Of a stretch of 64,000 nucleotides of DNA, positions 56,040 to 64,000 are shown in pieces. The stretch comes from the human T2T-CHM13v2.0 reference genome, Homo sapiens: the NCBI RefSeq assembly GCF_009914755.1, contig NC_060929.1. One strand, written 5' to 3'. The position numbers were made by a program, and so were the translations under genes. The stretch's first letter is position 1. Every line of letters begins with the position of its first letter. The notes under the pieces were generated by a model. The model worked only from the letters and a program-made list of their open reading frames with translations, was not told where the DNA came from and made no database searches.

Positions 56040-56360
56040 AATGTTCATTGAGCACCTGCTATGGGCTGAGTTCTTTGCTAATCACTTTATATGTATTATT
56101 TTATTTAATTTTCACAATATTGCAAAATAAGCATGATTGCATATGACTACTTTATATATATGTGTGTGTGTGTGTGTATACAGGTACATGTGTTTATGTG
56201 TGTGTGTATCATGTATGTATGACAGTGATATCAGTTTGGAACTAAATTGAGTATAGTAGATATAAGCAGAAACAAACTTTGTGAAGTTATATTAGTTGTC
56301 CAAGGACACACAGTTAGAAAGTTAGACACTGGACCAAACCCAGATTTATCTAAACCTCTG
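56040..56360 (-). mobile_element. MIR with a (TG)n insert
   Basis: cattgagcacctgctatgggc...tttaattttcacaat...ttgtccaaggacacacagttag. Confidence 0.7.
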
Positions 56361-57084
56361 AGTTATCATGGTTTTTTTGTAAAGACCAGAATACTTGGAA
56401 ATATAAGCCTTTGCTGGATTTTATTCTACTCAATCCCTAAACTACTCAGTTAAATTGCATACAAAACAGGGGAAATTCCTTCATAAGTTATTGGTCTGAA
56501 GCCAATTATATAAAAGTGAAAGATTTGGGGTCCTACTCTCCCAAACTATTGAATAACAGAAATGGAATAGAATAGATTAAGCCTTCAAACTAAGAATTTT
56601 TAAAGGACAAACTCATTGGCATCCAGATTATTTTAATATACATTGTTCATAGATTACTTTTTAGAAACACTGTCAAGTTTATAGTCTAAACAAATAGATT
56701 TTAATTATGAATAAGGAATTTAGGATTTAAAATATTATTACCTGGAAAATCATCTTTAAAAAAAGCAGATTATAATACTCCAAAGGAAAAATGGGCCCTT
56801 TACTTGAACATAAAGTTTTCATTTTCACTTTTCAATGTTTTCATAGCTTCTTAGATTTATTGGCATCACGTTTTTTACTCTGCATTGTGGTAGCATATTT
56901 ACTTACTAGACTGTAAACTTGAAGCCATCATTGCAAGTTCATTCCCTGGTATATGGAAACCGGAAGCATAGTAAGATCAGTAAAATGTTTGGTGAAATGC
57001 AAAATTTAAAGACATTGAACAATTCAAAAGAAAGAACAGAATCGTGTCTAGGGAGTGGGCCATTTTAACATTTTAATGCATGAC

Positions 57085-57220
57085 TGTTTGAATGGTTTAA
57101 AATACAGATTTCTGGACACACTGCAGGGATTCTGAGTCAACCCGTCTGGGAATGGTCCAGGAATCTGCATTTTATAAAGGCGTCTAAGGCATTTGCAACC
57201 ACACTTCAAGGAATGTGGCT
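57085..57220. mobile_element. MER5-type hAT fragment (a second fragment at ~57735-57820)
   Basis: ttaaaatacagatttctgg...gattctgagtca...caggaatctgcatttt. Confidence 0.7.
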
Positions 57221-58399
57221 GAACTGTTTACAGTTTTAAAAAGTAATTGGGAATGGTTCTGACTTGTGCCCTGCTTTGCATATTTGAATCCCATCTTCCA
57301 GCAGGTAAGCTTTCATTTGGAATCCTTGATCCAATAGTCAGTTATGTCTTCTTTTCCATCCCAGCCTAAGGCTTTCCCTGGCACCCCTCTTAACTGACTG
57401 CTTACTTCCCCTCTCTCTTCCTCACTGATTGTAAGACATTCCCATAATAGGAGTTACACAAACGGCTGCCTGGCATAAGCACTGGTTAATGCTCGTAATG
57501 TTTTTATAAAGACTGTACACCTTTTTATCAGGTACAAAATTATTTCTCCAAGTATTCCCCTGTTTTGTAGAAATTTCCATCTCATAAGGAGGTGAGCAAG
57601 AGTTGCAGAATTATGCATGTAAATTACTAAAGAGGAAATGTGAACATGGGATGCTTTGCAAATGGTAGCTATTCGGTGTTTTCCTGGAACAACTTCTGAA
57701 ACTCTAGTGCACCAAAGTTAGTGCTCTTAGAAATAACTTAGGCCTGGAAATCTGCATTTTGACACAAAATCTAGATGATTGCGATGTAAATGATTCATAC
57801 ATCACTTCTTAATGAACTTTGCACCAAGGATATGGTCAAAGCAGGTCGTTCATTTATTTTAAAACACTTTTCAGCTTCTTTAAGCTTCTATCAAGTATTT
57901 TCTTGCTCAAAATTCTCCCTAACCCTTTAGAGCATCTTTTGTGTTCTGCTAAAGGCCTCAAGTAGCCAGTCAGGGGAGAAATAACACATAAACATAAGAT
58001 AGAGAGATGAAATTTGAGTAGGCTTGGTAGTTTTATTTTTAAGATTCTAAATATTTGATGTTATTTCTTAAAAGGTTAATATAAGAAGTCTGTTTAACAG
58101 CACAGTTTCTGAAAACCAGGAATTCCCATAAAAAATTCATAGGTCTGAAAGATACAACACATTTTGGATATCGGAACCCTTAATTTCTTTCCGATTCTAC
58201 AAGCATATCCTCAGAATGTCTTTTCAATATTTTGTACTGTCTGGTTGTGTAGTTTCTTCACCCATAAAAGAATCTGTGAAATTAGAGACGTCATTTTATA
58301 TAAAGGCATTTCAGTTTTTAAAAAGGATATATAATTACATCCAGGGCTATCACATGGTTGCTGCTGAAGTTTACAAGAGATGTGTGCCTACTTCTAGAT

Positions 58400-59160
58400 C
58401 AGGGATTGGCAAACTGCAGCCCACAGACCAAATATGGCCTGCTGCCTGTTCCTGTACAGTCCATGAGCTGAAAATAGATTTACCTCTTTTTTAGAATCCT
58501 TTTTTTAGAAAAATGTTGTTTTTATATTTTTAAATAGCTGAAAAATCAAAACTGGAATAATATTTTGTAATATCTGAAAGCGATTTAAAATGTAAATTTT
58601 AGTGTTCCATAAATAAAGTTTTATTGGCACACATCCACGCCATTAGCATTGTCTATGGCTGCTTCCATACTACAAAGGCACGGTTCTGTAGCTGCAACAG
58701 AGACCATGTGTGACGCTCCCTGCTTGGCACACTATAAATCACAGTGAAGCAGTTATAACTCGACAGCGTTTCAAGTGCCACATGTGTCACGTACCTGTGT
58801 GAACAGCCATTTTCAAAGATGAAATAAGTATGAAATAGAAGCTCACTCTAGATCAGCATTCACAGATGGACATTTACAATAAATGCCGGTGATAGTAACA
58901 CTGACTTTGAGCCTCAATTAAGCAAACTGTTAGCATATACATACAAAAAGAATTTCAGTCTTTTCATTACTAGACTGGTATTACAAAAAATTATGCTAAA
59001 TTGTTAGTATTATATTTTGAATTTCGCCAAAAACTGTGGGCATTTGTTTTCTTTCTTGTTATGTGAGTATGCATATATTACCGTCAATTTTGCAGCTTCG
59101 CCTGCAAAGTCTGAAATATTTCCTATCTAGACCTTTACAGAGAAAGTTTGCTGACCCCTG
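58400..59160 (+). mobile_element. MER58B/Cheshire-type hAT deletion derivative retaining the transposase 3' end
   Basis: TIRs cagggattggcaaact / agtttgctgacccctg; internal reading YLCEQPFSKMK...HSRSAFTDGHLQ. Confidence 0.8.
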
Positions 59161-59234
59161 TGATGGAGCACTGAGTGCATGTAAATTATGAGATGGTATT
59201 TTAGTTGTAAAAAATGTTTCATCGCTATAGAGTT

Positions 59235-59660
59235 ATCTTTCAAAAATGTAATTTTCCCCTGATTACAAAAGTCATATGTACAACTGATAGAAAATTTAAA
59301 AACTGCTGCAGGATATAATTGGAAACTCTCCTTAATTTTTATCACCTGGATATGATGAATAAACCCTGCTAACATGTTAGTGTATTTTCTCTAGACTATT
59401 TTTTTAAATACTTGCATATGTTTGAAACCTTACTCTAAAAACAATTTTCAATGTCACTTAAACTTTGAGAAGTAGTTTCCCATATTATTCACAAATCTTT
59501 GCAAACGTGATTTGTATGGTTGAATACTATATATTCATGTGGATGTGCCATAATCTGAGTCTCCTTTGGTGGGATCATTGAAGTTTTTGGGTTTTGAACC
59601 CCCCTCCTTTTTAATAATATTATTTAAAAAAATTATGCTGACTAATTTATTTGCCCAACC
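59235..59660 (-). mobile_element. Old L1 (L1ME-like) fragment
   Basis: gattacaaaagtcatatg...gaaaatttaaaaa...atgtggatgtgccataat. Confidence 0.55.
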
Positions 59661-59839
59661 TTCAGATTTTTTTACAGAATTCTTTTAAATGGTAGATTAC
59701 TTTCATTCCATATGTAATTCAGTTGAGAAGTTGGATAACACGCCCTAATTTTTATCAACACATCCTTTTGGGTAAGTCAAGCTACTCTTAGTTGCTTGAT
59801 AAAACAGAGGTTGCTTTATCTTATGACAGCCTAATCGTA

Positions 59840-60370
59840 CAGCAGTATTTATGGCACACACTCTAGAACAAGCCTGGAGGCTTTAAATCTTAACTGTGTG
59901 ACTTAAGTCATTAAGCTCTGGAAATTGGAAACACCAGTAGAACCTCTCTCATAGGGCAACAGTTATATTAAGTGAGGTAATTGACATACAGTGCTTACTC
60001 AGTGTCTGACAACTAGTAAGAGCTCAATAATTGTTAGCAGCAATATAATAAAGTAGAAATATCCAGCTCTCTCCTCCCTCAAACTGAGGAATATCCATTT
60101 CTTCAGAAAAACCTGTGACTTTGAGAAGAAAATCTTTCTTTCACTACGTTAAATTCAGCTTCTTTCACTTTTCAAAATATCAGATTTTCGAAAGCTACAG
60201 CTATACCACTTATGGTATTTACGTCCTTGACCCAGTCACCTAATCTCTATTGAATTCTCCTTTTCCTCACTTGTAACATAGGAGATCAAAGTCACTTACT
60301 TTATTGGATTGTTGTGAGAATGAAATTAGAGCATACATGTAAAACACTTAGCCCAGCCCCTGTACAGAGT
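59840..60370 (+). mobile_element. Two MIR fragments (~59840-60050 and ~60180-60370)
   Basis: agtgtctgacaactagtaagagctcaataattgttagc; ggattgttgtgagaatgaaattag...taaaacacttagc. Confidence 0.65.
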
Positions 60371-61236
60371 TAGCCGGCCAATTTCCTATTGCAGGCTATG
60401 ATAAAGACAAACATTGAAAATCAGTGATTAGACAAAGGATGCTTCCTTGCCCCTGGCAGCCTTCGAAAACTCCCCTCACCTTACTGTGGATAGCAGCATT
60501 ACTCCTTTTTACTGGAGAAAAAGATAGTCTCAGATGCATAATCAGATGAATGGACCATGCAGAAACGCTGATTAAATTAGTTATGTGTATTTTCTGTGTG
60601 GGTATGTGTGTGTGCACATAAAAGAGCAAAAAAAGAGTTTAAATGGGCCCAAAGGAAGGCATTTAAATTTGAAGCCTATAGTTGTTCCATGGTTCCTCTT
60701 GGCTTCTGATATCAGTTCCTCCTATTAAATTATTAAGTGTTAAGAAAAGAAATGTTTAAACAAAGCCACTATTAGTTTTTAGTCAAATTCTGTGTGTACT
60801 TCTGTTATATTCAAACAAGCTAATGAGTACATTCTTTTTCTTCTGCTCAACTTGAAAAGGTTACAAACAAATAAACTGTCTCAAAATCTTTATTCTCTCT
60901 GGAATTTATTTTTCAGAAATATTAACTCACCTTATTTTTTAAGCCAAAAATTTAAGAAGTTTATTATAATTTGTTATTCTAATTCTGCTGCTGAGTTGGC
61001 TGTTTTATTTAACGATAAATTGAATACAAAAGCTCCCCAAGGCAGGAAGACAGAGTACCAAGCTCTGAAAGTTTGGCAGTTTGACATTTCATGGTAGCCT
61101 CAGACAGAAGTTAATTTCGATGCTAATTATGTATACATACTTAAGTTGTTGTATGGGCTAGTGGGAGTGTACATACATGTACATATATGTATGTCTTGGA
61201 GGTTACACTACAACTAAATTTAGAGTCATTTTGTGC

Positions 61237-61441
61237 AGCTGGGCGTGGTGGCTCACGCCTGTAATCCCAGCCCTTTGGGAAACTGAGGCAGGCAGATCAC
61301 AAGGTCAAGAGTTCGAGACCAGCCTGACCAATATGGTGAAACCCTGTCTCTACTAAAAATACAAAAATTAGCAGGGCTTGGTGGCGGGAACCTGCAATCC
61401 TAGCTACTCGGGAGGCTGAGGCAGGAGAATCGCTTGAACCC
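61237..61441 (+). mobile_element. AluS, 3'-truncated
   Basis: Left arm plus a right arm ending at cgcttgaaccc. Confidence 0.92.
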
Positions 61442-61794
61442 CTTATTACCTCAGAATATGGCCTCATTTGTAGACAGAGTCTTTCCAGGGGTGATCAAAT
61501 TACAGTGAGGTCATTAGGGTGGACCTTAATCTCACTGATGTCTTTATAAAAAGGATAATCTTGGGCACAGCGCTGTGCATGAAAGAAGGACAATGTGACG
61601 AGATCTAGGGAGAAGATGTCCATATATGAATCAATGAGAGAGACCTAGAACAGACCCTTCCCTCCCAGCGCTCAGGAGCCAACCCAGCAGACACCTAGAT
61701 TTTGGACTTCCAGCCTCCAGAACTGTAAGACAATGCACTTCTGATGTTTAAACTACCCAGTCTGTGGTTACAACAGCTCTACCAAACTAGTACA
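61442..61794 (+). mobile_element. MLT1B-like MaLR LTR, 5'-truncated
   Basis: tacctcagaatatggcc...ggacttccagcctccagaactgtaaga...aaactagtaca. Confidence 0.85.
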
Positions 61795-63339
61795 CATTCC
61801 CTTAAAGGAAGTTCGTACAGTGCCTTACAACAATGAACTACATTAAAACACACTAAAGAAAGTAAGACACAAAGGGAGATTGATTGTTCCCATATACTGA
61901 CATTTGAAAAGATCTAATACATGGGAAATTGGTCTTGAATCAACTCATAACATAGAGTTCCCTCAAGAGTCCCAATTCATCATTAACATCCATCAAAAAA
62001 ATCAAATTCCTCCTAAAATGCTTAAGATGGGAGATAGGAAAGATATTGCATGCTAAGTGGACCAACTTGTCTTTAAATAAAATGAAAAACTTATCTCTCA
62101 GACATGCTGAATTACATTACATACACTCCATTGCATATATTCCAGTAAAATAAATTCGTGACCAGTATTCTGTGTAAGTACAGTGATATATTCTGTAGCC
62201 CAGAATTCATAATTTTACTTTAGGCAGCTTAGGTCTCTTAAAATATCTCCCGAGGGTTGAGGTCTTCATCCAGCCGGTGGCCCTATTAGGAAGTAGACTA
62301 GAGGATTATAAGGCTTTATAAATCCTAATGTTGCTGGGGCTGGTAATTCACAAGTAGTAGATGCAGAAACCACAGGGAGAAGCTCAGAGTGCTGGGAGAA
62401 CTGAAGACAGGAAAGTAAGAGGCTCTAGAAGCCTCCAGATTAATCTTCCCAGGAAGAAGCGGAGACACTAATGCTTGAGAAACATAAAAACAGACTACAA
62501 AAAGCAGTAAGGAAAAAACCACATTATAGCTTTTACTTATTTTGTTGGACTTTTATTTTCAAATCACACAATTGTCTGAGATGATTTAATACACAATTAC
62601 ATAAAAAATGAAATTAACGTGTCTTTAAAAGCATAAAAGCAACTGCTAAATAAAGCCATAACATTTTTCTCTGTGCTACCAAGGTAATGAACCATATTTT
62701 TCATCTCTAACTGTGCCTCTGTGTCATGAGTATGGAATTTGGGGCAGGAGGGGGGCAGGGAAATATATACCTTCGCTACTGAGAGATCGTCTCATAGCTC
62801 CCTGGGAGGTGGTTCAGAGTGCAGTGGGTTGAAGAACAAAACAGCAATACTTATGAAGAACCCTGCCACTATGACGCCAAATGCCTAAATACCCCGACAA
62901 GTTGCAGGGGAAAGACAAGAGCCAATGGAGGATGGCAGAGGGTTCACATTTTGTATCTCGGTACCTGTTTGGCTGAATAAAGCTGACTTCTGAATCAAGA
63001 TGCTGTTCTGTTTTAATGTAGAAAAGTATTGTCACTGAAAACCTATACAAACCTAGGTATGCATATATGCACACATATATGGAACTCGATAGGGCCTCCT
63101 GCCTTCATCTATGTGCACACACACACAAATTATACATACACACTTGTAACCACATGTTCGTATTAGAACTTTTCCCAGTGTCTAGTAGAAATACCTCCCC
63201 TTAGTAGTCTTTTCTGTAAGGTATTCTCCAAGTTTCTGAGAAAAAAAAAATTATGGAAGCATATCTTATTTTCAAAATGATTTCACAGAGAGCCTGTTCC
63301 AACGTACTGCAAAATAAAAGTAATGATTTTACTCAAAGA

Positions 63340-63455
63340 TTGAATAAACATAAGCATACATAGAACATCTGCCATACTCCAGAAGTGGTGCTTGTGTTGG
63401 GGATATAAATAAAACAATAGAACTTTGCTCCTGCCCTCAGGGAGACAACAGTCTG
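63340..63455 (-). mobile_element. L2 3' fragment
   Basis: gtgttggggatataaataaaacaatag...tcctgccctcagggagacaacagtct. Confidence 0.6.
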
Positions 63456-63468
63456 ACAATAATAATAG

Positions 63469-63799
<331 letters not shown>

Positions 63800-64000
63800 T
63801 GCCATTTCTTAAATAATATCTAATACAAGTTACTAGTGCACTGATATATGCCTAAAGAATACATCACTAGATGAAATAATGCAATGTAATGATTTTTTTT
63901 TCTCTGTTACTCAACTACTGCATGGCATTTGGTTGAGGAACCTGTACAGATTGGAGGTGACAACCCCATCACTACATGCTTGCTCTGGAAAGATGAGCTT

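Overview
Primate (human-like) genomic DNA: AT-rich, CpG-depleted, no CpG island, and no protein-coding exon, RNA gene or prokaryote-type system that I can support. It reads as a long intron or intergenic region. It is dense in transposon fossils: about 18 Alu/FLAM copies, many MIR and L2 fragments, L1 3' ends, a two-LTR THE1 (MaLR) element with its 5-bp target-site duplication (TSD), several solo LTRs, and hAT/Tigger DNA-transposon derivatives. All long ORFs in the track come from repeats. The most notable structures are: a ~0.9-kb purine minisatellite built from ordered 35/52/53-bp modules; a forward-inverted-forward micro-triplication inside a MIR (perfect 24-bp stem); an LTR 3' fragment inside a FLAM that creates a strong splice acceptor; several rearranged Alus; and a CAG-CAG|GTAAG recursive-splice/microexon-like motif. 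Repeat subfamilies were called by eye from remembered consensus sequences, and boundaries of old repeats are approximate. I found no convincing evidence of a new biological system; the findings are testable leads.
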